From: Pontiella sp.
Lineage (GTDB): Bacteria; Verrucomicrobiota; Kiritimatiellia; Kiritimatiellales; Pontiellaceae
Direction of reading: 5' to 3'
Length of the DNA: 64,000 nt
Assembly (NCBI GenBank): GCA_050290185.1
Contig: JBNKHE010000005.1
Coordinates: forward strand, 32,001-96,000
A model generated the notes under the pieces. The model made no database searches. It saw only the letters and a list, made by a program, of their open reading frames with translations, and was not told where the DNA came from. Position numbers and translations under genes: made by a program. Below are positions 52,257 through 61,788 of this stretch, in pieces; the first letter of the stretch is position 1, and each line of letters begins with the position of its first letter.

Positions 52257-53189
52257 TTATATCTTCAATGCGTCCAAAATGGGCGACAGGTCGATCTTGG
52301 TGCTGGCGTTTCCGAGGGTGCCGTCGAACACATGAACGGCGTTGCGGGCCGCCAGTCCCTGGATGAGTTCCTCGAACTTGTTGGGGGATTGGGTTTGGCG
52401 GTTCATGAGGACTTCGACCTTGGCGGATCCGAAGCTGGCGCACTCACTGACCATGGAGGCGGAGTCGGAGGTGACGAAGAGCCGGTCGCACAGCTGGATA
52501 AAGGCGGGAATGGGGTTGTAGGAATCGCGTGAGTTGATGAGCTTGTAGTCAAACTCGAACCCGTCGATTACGCTTTCGATCTGTTTTGGTGTGCGACGCG
52601 ATGTGGTGATCCAGTGTTCCATTCCGGCGGTCGTTTCAAAGATCCGTTCCAGCTGTTGTTCCATTTCGACCGGATCGATTTCGGAAACGGCGTTGGGGCC
52701 GCCGATAATAATGCCAACGGCGGTTTTTTGCTGAACATGCCGAGTCTTGAATCCGGCGGTTTTTTCTTCGAAGAAGGCGGGGGCGGCGGCGCATAAATTG
52801 AGAGGGAGTTCGGTGATGTTGCTGCGTTTAGGCGGATGGTCGTAGGACGGACAGAGGATCCGGTCGAAGTCGAGCCGGTAGCCTTTCGGATAGAGAATAG
52901 CGATATTTGGAACGCCAAGCTTTCGGGCCAGCAGTTTGTTGGCATAGTAGGTGGTGGAGCCGGTGGAGATGATCACTTCAGCGGTTGGATCTGAGCTGTC
53001 AGCCGTTAGTTCCATGATGCGTTCCGTGTAGATGCCGAGGCGGTCGAGGAGATAGGAGATCGCCTTGGCGGCACGGCTTTTGTAAGCCATTTCGGCGATT
53101 TCATAATCCAGTCCGAGGTGTTTGCAGAGCGCAATCGACTGGTTCACATGCCCCGGCTTGCCATCGCTGATGATCAATGCGGCTTTCAT
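52257..53189 (-). CDS. ELM1/GtrOC1 family putative glycosyltransferase (second copy)
   Basis: SDGKPGHVNQSIAL, TTSRRTP, VTSDSASMVSE. Confidence 0.87.
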   Translation of the reverse strand: MKAALIISDGKPGHVNQSIALCKHLGLDYEIAEMAYKSRAAKAISYLLDRLGIYTERIMELTADSSDPTAEVIISTGSTTYYANKLLARKLGVPNIAILYPKGYRLDFDRILCPSYDHPPKRSNITELPLNLCAAAPAFFEEKTAGFKTRHVQQKTAVGIIIGGPNAVSEIDPVEMEQQLERIFETTAGMEHWITTSRRTPKQIESVIDGFEFDYKLINSRDSYNPIPAFIQLCDRLFVTSDSASMVSECASFGSAKVEVLMNRQTQSPNKFEELIQGLAARNAVHVFDGTLGNASTKIDLSPILDALKI

Positions 53190-54121
53190 GATTTTTTCTT
53201 CTTTTTTTTCTGTCGCTTTTTTTGCTGCTCCAGTCCCCAACGATCGTGAACCCAGAACCATTGTTCAGGATATTGGCGAATCATATTTTCAATGATCTTC
53301 TGGTGGATGCAGGTCAGTTCCCGCACCTGCTCCTCCATGGGCTTACCGTTGTCGTTCCACCGCATCGGCTCGCCGACGATGAAGCGGTATTTGCGCGGCC
53401 CGGTTCTCACCATGAATGAGGGGGTCACGGTAAACCCAAAGCGGATCTGGAGTACGGCCGGTGTTGTCGTAGTTCCGGTGTCCCTGCTGAAAAACCTGAC
53501 GGGGATCCCTTCCCGTGCATTCAGGCGCTGGTCGATCATCAATCCCGTGATTCCGCCGCCTTTGATGGCCTTCACCAGTTTCATGACTGCATTTTTTTTG
53601 TAGAAGATATTCACGCCGAAGCGTTCGCGGAGGGGGCGTACGATCCGCTCTTCCAGCAGGGCATTGCTGGTCTTCCGCGCAATGACATGTATCGGGCGGT
53701 TGGTCTGCAGGGCCATATATTGCGGCATCAGCTCCCAGTTGCCGATATGGGCCGAGACTCCAAGTATGCCCAGACTCGTTTTTTCAATCTCCCGCTCGAT
53801 CTGCTCCCATCCCTCTGCGACGACCATGTCCTGTAGCCGCTCGTTCGAGATCCTGCCGCTCATGATCAGCATGTTGAGGGCCATGGATTCGGCCATAATC
53901 GCAAAGTTTTTCCGGATGATGCGTTTTCGTTCAGTCTGGGCCATGTCCGGAAATGCAATCGCTATGTTTTGCAGCGCCAGCGTGCGGCGCCCCGCCAGCA
54001 GGGCATAGGAAAGCCTGCCTAATGCGTTGAATAGGCCATAGATGCAGGTTTCCGGCAGCATCCGGCAAAAACTCAGCAGGCCAGCCACCGCTGCGTATTC
54101 AATTTGATCGCGTATTTTCAT
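53186..54121 (-). CDS. Lipid A late acyltransferase (LpxL/HtrB family)
   Basis: SAHIGNWE, MIDQ, PEQWFWVHDRW. Confidence 0.9.
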   Translation of the reverse strand: MKIRDQIEYAAVAGLLSFCRMLPETCIYGLFNALGRLSYALLAGRRTLALQNIAIAFPDMAQTERKRIIRKNFAIMAESMALNMLIMSGRISNERLQDMVVAEGWEQIEREIEKTSLGILGVSAHIGNWELMPQYMALQTNRPIHVIARKTSNALLEERIVRPLRERFGVNIFYKKNAVMKLVKAIKGGGITGLMIDQRLNAREGIPVRFFSRDTGTTTTPAVLQIRFGFTVTPSFMVRTGPRKYRFIVGEPMRWNDNGKPMEEQVRELTCIHQKIIENMIRQYPEQWFWVHDRWGLEQQKKRQKKKKKKS

Positions 54122-54243
54122 ATCGGTTTTAGTGGGATGGCCGACAGTTAAGCCGGATTTTCGAAAGACTGCAACTGGATTGCCTCTTAACTTGAGCTGA
54201 CGGGGTTTCGTCAATACAGTATGCGCTTCGATGGGGGATCAAT

Positions 54244-55362
54244 TTGGCAAAACTAAGTAAATATCTGGTAAGGGATTGGTTGACGACCTTCTCCGTGGCG
54301 ATGCTGCTGATTACTTTTGGCTTCAGCGTTCCGTTGATCTACGAAGCCGTCGGGTTTATGGCCAAAGGTTTGCCGGCGGGAACGGTCGGACGGTTTTTCC
54401 TTTACAACCTGCCGTATTCATTTGCCTACACGATTCCGATCAGTGCCCTGTTTTCGACCCTGCTGTTGTTCGGGCGGTTGTCGGCCGATAGCGAAATCAG
54501 CGCCATGAAGAGTGGAGGATTGAGTCTTTGGCAGATCGCCTCCCCGATCGTTTTGATTTCCTGTGTGCTCGTTTTAATCTGCCTCTACAACAACTGCGTT
54601 GTATACCCGCAGACCACCTACGCAAAGCGCAAGATCGTCAAGTCCATGGGGGTCGAGGATCCGATCAAGCTGCTGGAGGAAGGACGATTCATACGGGATA
54701 TCCCCGGCTATATGATCTATGTCGGAAAGAAGAACCGCAATCGGGTCAAGGATCTGATTATCTATGATATCGATGATGAGGGCAAGGTGGTCAGGACGTT
54801 GCGCGCAGAGGCCGGTGTGCTTAGCACCGATGAGGAAAATGCGCTGCTCAAAATTGATCTGTTCGATGTACGCATCGAGGATTACAAAAGTGCCGACTCG
54901 GCCGGAAATCCCACTTACGTAAACATGAAGAAGCTGCCACGCCGCTTCAACATCAAGAAACTGATGGGTAGCGGAAGAGTGTCTCCAAAGCGCAAGAACC
55001 TGACGTTGTCTGAACTCGCGTGGCGCATTCGTAATCCCGACCGCGAATACAATCTGCTGGATGCGGATAGCCGCGCGAAGCAGCGGGGCCGTGATCTGGT
55101 TGAACTGAACCAGCGAATCTGTCTGGCGCTATCGCCTGTCATGTTTGTACTGATTGCGATTCCAATGGGCATCAAGTCGCACCGGAAGGAATCCTCGGCG
55201 GGCATGCTGGTCAGTCTGGTGGTCATGTTTGTCTACTATGTTTTCATCATTCTGTCCGACACGTTTGCGGATGAGTTGTTTCTCCTTCCATGGCTGTTTC
55301 CGTGGGTGCCGATCATCGGCGGGCAAATCGCCGGTTTAACGTTGCTGCGCCGCGCAAATTAG
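54244..55362 (+). CDS. LptF/LptG family LPS export permease
   Basis: FGRLSADSEISAMKSGGLS, 3+3 TM layout. Confidence 0.9.
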   Translation: MAKLSKYLVRDWLTTFSVAMLLITFGFSVPLIYEAVGFMAKGLPAGTVGRFFLYNLPYSFAYTIPISALFSTLLLFGRLSADSEISAMKSGGLSLWQIASPIVLISCVLVLICLYNNCVVYPQTTYAKRKIVKSMGVEDPIKLLEEGRFIRDIPGYMIYVGKKNRNRVKDLIIYDIDDEGKVVRTLRAEAGVLSTDEENALLKIDLFDVRIEDYKSADSAGNPTYVNMKKLPRRFNIKKLMGSGRVSPKRKNLTLSELAWRIRNPDREYNLLDADSRAKQRGRDLVELNQRICLALSPVMFVLIAIPMGIKSHRKESSAGMLVSLVVMFVYYVFIILSDTFADELFLLPWLFPWVPIIGGQIAGLTLLRRAN

Positions 55363-55392
55363 GCCTTTTCGCCAGAATCCTTTTGGACGGGC

Positions 55393-55421
55393 TTGCCATG
55401 CTGGCGGCACCTCTGTATCTT
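55393..55421 (+). promoter_or_regulatory. Sigma70-like promoter for ffs
   Basis: TTGCCA-17 nt-TATCTT. Confidence 0.6.
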
Positions 55422-55439
55422 CGCGGCTTCTTACTGAAA

Positions 55440-55611
55440 CCGGGAAGATACCGATACGATTCCCGGCGTGTGTGTTGAAGGTTGGTCTCTGGGCGACGGA
55501 CGCTGGGGAATCCCGTCAGGGTCGGAAGGCAGCAGCGGTAAACCATGTTTTCCGGGTGTCCGGAAGCGCCGGCCGGAGCACATGCCGGGGATCCTTTCGG
55601 TCGCTTGCCGG
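55440..55611 (+). ncRNA. ffs: Signal recognition particle RNA
   Basis: Helix-8 signature TCAGG-GTC-GGAA-GGC-AGCAGC at 55516-55536; long-range pairing of flanks; upstream of dnaX; ends approximate. Confidence 0.9.
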
Positions 55612-55684
55612 AAAAGGTTTTTGTGCTGGATACGCAGCCTGAGGGCTGTGCAAGGGCAATACGATATACGTAGTACGAGATAAT

Positions 55685-57331
55685 ATGGCATACGAAGTAC
55701 TAGCAAGAAAATGGCGGCCGCAGCAGTTTGCGGATGTGGTTGGGCAGGAGCACGTCACCCGGACGTTGGCGAATGCCATCGAAACCGACCGCGTTGCCCA
55801 TGCCTATATCTTTGTCGGCTCGCGCGGAACCGGCAAAACAACCTCCGCCCGTATTCTTGCCAAGGCCCTCAACTGCATGGAAGGGCCCACCCCCGTACCG
55901 TGCGACCAATGCGACTCCTGCCGTGAAATCATGGCCGGCAACAGCCTGGATGTGATCGAGATCGACGGGGCCTCGAACAACGGGGTCGACCAGGTGCGCG
56001 ATCTGCGCGACAATGTCCGGTATTCCCCGGCACGCGGACCCTATAAAATCTACATCATCGACGAAGTGCACATGCTCTCGACGCAGGCTTTCAATGCCTT
56101 GCTGAAGACGCTTGAAGAACCGCCTTCGCACGTAAAATTTATTTTTGCCACCACGGATGTTCACAAGGTATTGCCCACCATTCTGTCCCGGTGCCAGCGC
56201 TTTGATCTGCGCCGGATTACCGTGCAGGACATCGTTGATCGTCTGCGCACGGGATGTGCCGAAGAGGGAATCAAGATTTCCGAAGATGCCTTGCTCGCCA
56301 TCGCCCGAGGTGCGGAAGGCGGTCTGCGCGATGCCGAATCCGCCCTCGACCAGATCATATCTTTCCGCGGCAAGGCGATCGAAGAGGAGGACGTGCTGTC
56401 CGTCTTCGGTCTTGTTTCACGTTCCATTCTCGAAAACATGACGATGGCGATCCTCGGATCCGATGTGCCCAAAATCATTGATATTGTTTCGTCCATGGAT
56501 CAGTCCGGCAAGGATCTGCAACGGGTGGTGATGGAGCTGCTCGAGAACTTCCGGAATCTGCTGGTGGTGCTCTATGCCGGCGATGGCGCGGCGGCGTTGG
56601 AGCTGCCGGAATCGCAATTGGAGTTCTACAAGGCCCAGGCCCCCGGTACGGAAGCCGGACGGGTTATACGGATCATTGACGCCCTGATTGAAACCGACAG
56701 CCGCATGCGCTATGCGCTCTCCAAGAAAACCATACTGGAAACGGGCCTGATTCGTTGTTCACGCGCGGCCGAAACCGCCACCATCAATGAACTGCTCAAA
56801 CAGGTCGCCGAACTAAAAAAAAACTTTAAATCCGGCGGGCCAGCCATCGGTGCAGTAACGGAAGCCGCCTCGCCGGACTACGGCACCAGTCAGCAAAAAA
56901 AAAAGATAGGTGAGGCCGGGGAACTGGAAATTCTCCTGAAAAACTGGCACTCCATTGTCGATCACGTCGGCAAGGCCGACCCGCTCTCCCACCGCTATTT
57001 TCTCGATACCGCCCCCCTTCGTACCGACGATACCCATCTGACAGTGGGTTATGACCCTGAATTCAAGGAAGACCTGGCGCGTTTTGATGATTCACGAACC
57101 AGGCTTGCACTGGCCCGTGCCGTGGAAAAATATATGGGCCGATTGCCTGCGATCTTGTTCGAACCATTAAAGCCCGACGACCACCGTCCATTACCGGCGG
57201 ACCACGGCGTTGAAGATACGGGCAACCAGGGTTCCCGGGCGCTGACTGGACCGGCGAAATGGTATGCAAATCCCGTTGTGAAAACCGTGGTTGAGGCTTT
57301 TAATGGGGAGATTGAAGACGTGCGGGAATGA
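55685..57331 (+). CDS. dnaX: DNA polymerase III subunit gamma/tau
   Basis: LARKWRPQ, GSRGTGKT, IIDEVHML, TILSRCQ. Confidence 0.98.
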   Translation: MAYEVLARKWRPQQFADVVGQEHVTRTLANAIETDRVAHAYIFVGSRGTGKTTSARILAKALNCMEGPTPVPCDQCDSCREIMAGNSLDVIEIDGASNNGVDQVRDLRDNVRYSPARGPYKIYIIDEVHMLSTQAFNALLKTLEEPPSHVKFIFATTDVHKVLPTILSRCQRFDLRRITVQDIVDRLRTGCAEEGIKISEDALLAIARGAEGGLRDAESALDQIISFRGKAIEEEDVLSVFGLVSRSILENMTMAILGSDVPKIIDIVSSMDQSGKDLQRVVMELLENFRNLLVVLYAGDGAAALELPESQLEFYKAQAPGTEAGRVIRIIDALIETDSRMRYALSKKTILETGLIRCSRAAETATINELLKQVAELKKNFKSGGPAIGAVTEAASPDYGTSQQKKKIGEAGELEILLKNWHSIVDHVGKADPLSHRYFLDTAPLRTDDTHLTVGYDPEFKEDLARFDDSRTRLALARAVEKYMGRLPAILFEPLKPDDHRPLPADHGVEDTGNQGSRALTGPAKWYANPVVKTVVEAFNGEIEDVRE

Positions 57332-57438
57332 TTGCTGCTACGTACTGCGCATTTCAGTCCTCTGCAGGACAGGAGCCTCAAAGCAGCACAAACCTCGCTA
57401 TTTTTAATTAAACTGAAACAAGAGAAGGAACCAACGCT

Positions 57439-57759
57439 ATGAACATGATGAAAATGATGAAGCAGGCAGCCGATCTGCAGAAAAACATGAAAAAGAAGCA
57501 GGATGAGCTCGCCAAGACCGAGGTGCAGTTTACCGCAGGCGGCGGCATGGTTACCGCCACGGCGAGCTGCGACATGAAGATCAAGAGCATCAAGATCAAT
57601 CCAGATGCCGTGGATCCCGAAGATGTCGAAATGCTGGAAGACCTGGTTTTTGCCGCCGTTGACGGTGTGTTGAGTTCTGCTCAGGAAACCATGTCGAAGG
57701 AAATGGGCAAGCTGACACAAGGCATGGGTTTGCCCGCGGGAACGGGGCTGCCGTTCTAA
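57439..57759 (+). CDS. ybaB: YbaB/EbfC nucleoid-associated protein
   Basis: MMKQA, AGGGMV, EMLEDLVFAA; dnaX-ybaB-recR synteny. Confidence 0.95.
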   Translation: MNMMKMMKQAADLQKNMKKKQDELAKTEVQFTAGGGMVTATASCDMKIKSIKINPDAVDPEDVEMLEDLVFAAVDGVLSSAQETMSKEMGKLTQGMGLPAGTGLPF

Positions 57760-57765
57760 GGATTT

Positions 57766-58371
57766 ATGAACCACCTGATTCCTCTCGATAACCTTGTGGC
57801 GGCGCTCAGCCGGTTGCCCGGCATCGGCCGGCGAACCGCCGAGCGTATGGCTATGGCACTGGTGCAGGATCAAAAGGGACTGATGCGCATCCTGGCGAAC
57901 GCCCTGCTCGAAGCCGATGAAACCATCGTGACCTGCGAGCGATGTGGAAGCATCACCGAGTCATCCAGGAATCCCTGCGAGTTATGCGCCCGTCCGCGCA
58001 AGGATGCGCAGATCCTCTGTGTGGTTGAGAGTCCCGGCGATATCATCAAGATAGAGGAATCAGGAGGTTTCCAGGGCCGCTACCATGCCTTGATGGGGCG
58101 GCTTTCTCCCATGCACGGAGTCGGTGCGGCCGACCTGCGCGTCGACAAGCTCCTGCAGCGCATTGCCGATGAAAATATCGAGGAGGTTCTGATCGCACTC
58201 GGAACCGATGTCGAAAGCGATGCCACCGCCAGCTATCTCAAGGAAGTGCTTGCCACCCGCAACGTGAAGGTGTCGCGCATCGCCTTTGGCTTGCCGGCCG
58301 GCGGCGCCATCGAATATTCCGATTCGGCTACACTCTCGCGGGCTATAAAAGGCCGCCAGGAAGTCGAGTGA
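57766..58371 (+). CDS. recR: Recombination protein RecR
   Basis: LPGIGRRTAER, CxxC...CxxC, TOPRIM, SRIAFGLP. Confidence 0.96.
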   Translation: MNHLIPLDNLVAALSRLPGIGRRTAERMAMALVQDQKGLMRILANALLEADETIVTCERCGSITESSRNPCELCARPRKDAQILCVVESPGDIIKIEESGGFQGRYHALMGRLSPMHGVGAADLRVDKLLQRIADENIEEVLIALGTDVESDATASYLKEVLATRNVKVSRIAFGLPAGGAIEYSDSATLSRAIKGRQEVE

Positions 58372-58458
58372 CCGGTGCTTTTGCGGCGGATCAATAAGCG
58401 CAAGTTATTGTCAATAAACAGCTGATATAAATGCTGTAAAAAAGTTGTTTTCGGGGTG

Positions 58459-58486
58459 TTGACAAGATCGGTTATTCCTGTACCTT
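58459..58486 (+). promoter_or_regulatory. Sigma70-like promoter of tRNA-Asn
   Basis: TTGACA-16 nt-TACCTT. Confidence 0.65.
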
Positions 58487-58505
58487 GTCCACCTCTTTTG
58501 AGCAT

Positions 58506-58580
58506 TCCTGCGTAGCTCAGCGGTAGAGTAGGTGGCTGTTAACCACTTGGTCGTTGGTTCGAATCCAACCGCAGGAGCCA
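58506..58580 (+). tRNA. tRNA-Asn(GTT)
   Basis: Cloverleaf TCCTGCG/CGCAGGA, anticodon loop CTGTTAA, TTCGAAT, encoded CCA. Confidence 0.97.
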
Positions 58581-58586
58581 TTTTTT

Positions 58587-58616
58587 AAGCCGACACTTCT
58601 GTGTCGGCTTTTTTTT
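58587..58616 (+). terminator. Terminator after tRNA-Asn
   Basis: AAGCCGACAC-TTCT-GTGTCGGCTT plus T-run. Confidence 0.9.
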
Positions 58617-58661
58617 GTTCCAACAGGCTCCATGGGTTACCCGCCGGGAAGCGGCGGCCAT

Positions 58662-58689
58662 AAAAAAGGGCAGGCTTGAAAGCCCGCCC
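58662..58689 (-). terminator. Probable terminator after sod
   Basis: - strand GGGCGGGCT...AGCCTGCCC-TTTTTT. Confidence 0.7.
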
Positions 58690-58726
58690 CCGACACCGAA
58701 CGCAGGTGTCCGGCTTTATTATGGAA

Positions 58727-59341
<615 letters not shown>

Positions 59342-59529
59342 AGTAAGCCTCCTGTAACGTTTTTGGTTTCAACTAAACCTATAATGTTCGGTTTGATATC
59401 TAAGTCAAATTAATATAGTACTATATAGGTATTAAATAAGACGGCGCAATCCGCTGCGGGCTTTTAGGTTGAATTAATTTCTAATCCTTGGAGAATAGCG
59501 CACTTGTTTTTAAACCAATGGAATCCGGC

Positions 59530-60411
59530 ATGGATAAACCTCAAAAAATCGCAATACTTGGATTGGGCCTGATGGGCGCCTCGCTGGCGCTTGCCCTGAA
59601 AAAACGCGGCTTTTCGGGACAGCTCGTTGGCTATGCCCGACGCGAAGAAACATGCACCCAGGCCACCGGATCAGGCATCTTCGACGCCGTTTTCTCTGAT
59701 GCAGTCGAGGCCGTTGGCGAGGCCGATATTGTGGTGATCTGCGTGCCGATCTGGACCATCGCCCAGCTGGCGGAACAGATTGTCGGATCACTGAAGCCGG
59801 GCGCGGTCGTGACCGATGTCGGCAGCACCAAATCGGAATTGTTGAAAATTATGAAGCCGCTGTTCGTAGACAGCCATGCATGCTTTGTGGGGTCGCATCC
59901 GATAGCGGGTTCGGAAAAAACCGGTATCGAGGCGGGCGATCCGGATCTGTATGAAGGCCGTTTGACGGTAGTCTGTCCTTCGGACGACACTCCAGCCGCG
60001 GCGGAACAGGCTGTGGTTGATCTGTGGAAGTCGGCTGGATCAGAGGTCGAGGAAATGTCGCCGGCTGCCCACGATGCCATGCTGGCATCCACCAGCCATC
60101 TGCCGCACATGGTGGCAGCTGCCCTGTCGCGTTCGGTGGCCAATGGCAATCCGGCGAAAAAAGCCGACTTTTGCGGGACGGGTTTCAAAGATACCACGCG
60201 GGTGGCGTCCGGCTCCGCCAACATGTGGGTGGATATCATCGACACCAACCGTTCTGCACTGGAAGCCGAGCTGGGTCGCTTCCACGAAGAACTGCAGGGA
60301 TTGATCAAAATTTTGCGCAGCGGTCACGGAGACGATATCCGCCAGTGGCTCGAAGACGCCGCCGATGCCCGCAACCAGATTCTTAAACTAAACAGATTTT
60401 TAAAGAGGTAA
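59530..60411 (+). CDS. tyrA: Prephenate/arogenate dehydrogenase
   Basis: GLGLMG, DVGSTK, HPIAGSE, SHLPH; start 59518 or 59530. Confidence 0.92.
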   Translation: MDKPQKIAILGLGLMGASLALALKKRGFSGQLVGYARREETCTQATGSGIFDAVFSDAVEAVGEADIVVICVPIWTIAQLAEQIVGSLKPGAVVTDVGSTKSELLKIMKPLFVDSHACFVGSHPIAGSEKTGIEAGDPDLYEGRLTVVCPSDDTPAAAEQAVVDLWKSAGSEVEEMSPAAHDAMLASTSHLPHMVAAALSRSVANGNPAKKADFCGTGFKDTTRVASGSANMWVDIIDTNRSALEAELGRFHEELQGLIKILRSGHGDDIRQWLEDAADARNQILKLNRFLKR

Positions 60412-60414
60412 GAT

Positions 60415-61785
60415 TTGAAACCTGAATCGGGAAACTTGAACCCAGAGACGTCGCAGACCGACAACTCGGAAACCGGAAACCGGAAATCAAAAGTAGTCCA
60501 TCCAGCGCGGCTGGGCGGCAGCGTAAACGTTCCCGGCGATAAGAGCATTTCCCAGCGGGTGGCCATGCTTGCTTCTCTGGCGGAAGGCACTTCGAAGGTA
60601 ACAGGTTATCTCAACGGCGAAGATGCGCGCAGTACGCTGTCTGCCATGGAACAGATGGGAGCCAAGGCGGAATTCCGCGATAATGCGCTCTATATCACCG
60701 GCGTTAATGGCCAGCTGCAGCAACCGGCCGAGCCACTCAATATGGGCAATTCCGGAACGGGCACGCGCCTGCTGGCGGGACTGGTCGCCGGCGCAGGCAT
60801 TGAAGTCACGATGATCGGCGATGACTCGCTTTCTTCCCGCCCGATGGGCCGCATCCGCCAGCCGTTGGAACTGATGGGCGCGCACATCGGACTATCCGGC
60901 CAACCCGGCACCTTGCCGATGGTGATCTGCGGCGGAAAATTGAAGGGCACCGGCTACCTGTTGCCGATGGCGTCGGCGCAGGTCAAATCGTGTGTGCTTC
61001 TGGCCGGTCTGTATGCCGAAGGAAAAACCACGGTGATTGAGCCGCGCCCAACGCGCGACCATACCGAAAAGCTGTTCGAAGCACTGGGCATTCCGGTACA
61101 GATCGACGGACTGCAAATATCCATTGAGGGTTACGGCCAGGAAGGCCCTCGATTCAAGGCGCGCGATTTCGTAGTTCCCGGCGACTTTTCTTCCGCCGCG
61201 TTCTGGATTGTGGCGATCGCCGCCCGGCCGGGTGCGGAACTGGTCATGGAAAACGTGGGACTGAATCCGCGCCGCACGGCGCTGCTGGATGTGATGAAGC
61301 GAATGGGAGCGGAGATCGAAGTCACCGTTACGGAAGAGCAGGGCGATCCCTACGGCACTCTCCGGGTGAAAGGGGCGCAGCTCAAGGGCACGGTGATTGA
61401 AGGGGATGAAATCCCGAATCTGATCGACGAACTGCCGATCATTGCCGTCGCCGGTGCTTTGGCGGAAGGACTGACGGAAATCCGCGATGCCGCCGAGCTG
61501 CGCGTGAAAGAGTCGGACCGTATTGCCGAGATGGTGAAAAACCTGCGGCAGTTTGGCGTCGAAGTCGAAGAGCTGGACGACGGGATGATTGTGACGGGGC
61601 CCGCCGACTTGAAAACCCCGAACGTAGCGATCGATAGCCACGGCGACCATCGGATTGCCATGTCGATAGCTATATTGAATACATTTAGTGACGCGCCGGT
61701 AACCATTGAAAATGTGGGATGCGTGAACACCTCGTATCCCGAATTCTGGGAGCACATGGAGCAACTCGGCGGAAAGGTTGAATAG
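60415..61785 (+). CDS. aroA: EPSP synthase
   Basis: PGDKSISQR, GNSGT, SAQVKS, RVKESDRI, DHRIAM; repeat-derived N-terminal extension, start uncertain. Confidence 0.96.
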   Translation: MKPESGNLNPETSQTDNSETGNRKSKVVHPARLGGSVNVPGDKSISQRVAMLASLAEGTSKVTGYLNGEDARSTLSAMEQMGAKAEFRDNALYITGVNGQLQQPAEPLNMGNSGTGTRLLAGLVAGAGIEVTMIGDDSLSSRPMGRIRQPLELMGAHIGLSGQPGTLPMVICGGKLKGTGYLLPMASAQVKSCVLLAGLYAEGKTTVIEPRPTRDHTEKLFEALGIPVQIDGLQISIEGYGQEGPRFKARDFVVPGDFSSAAFWIVAIAARPGAELVMENVGLNPRRTALLDVMKRMGAEIEVTVTEEQGDPYGTLRVKGAQLKGTVIEGDEIPNLIDELPIIAVAGALAEGLTEIRDAAELRVKESDRIAEMVKNLRQFGVEVEELDDGMIVTGPADLKTPNVAIDSHGDHRIAMSIAILNTFSDAPVTIENVGCVNTSYPEFWEHMEQLGGKVE

Positions 61786-61788
61786 TTC

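Noticed and set aside
53192..53223. Poly-T tracts at the lpxL 3' end as phase-variation sites
   Set aside because: They encode a Lys-rich tail after the last conserved motif; slippage would barely alter the protein.
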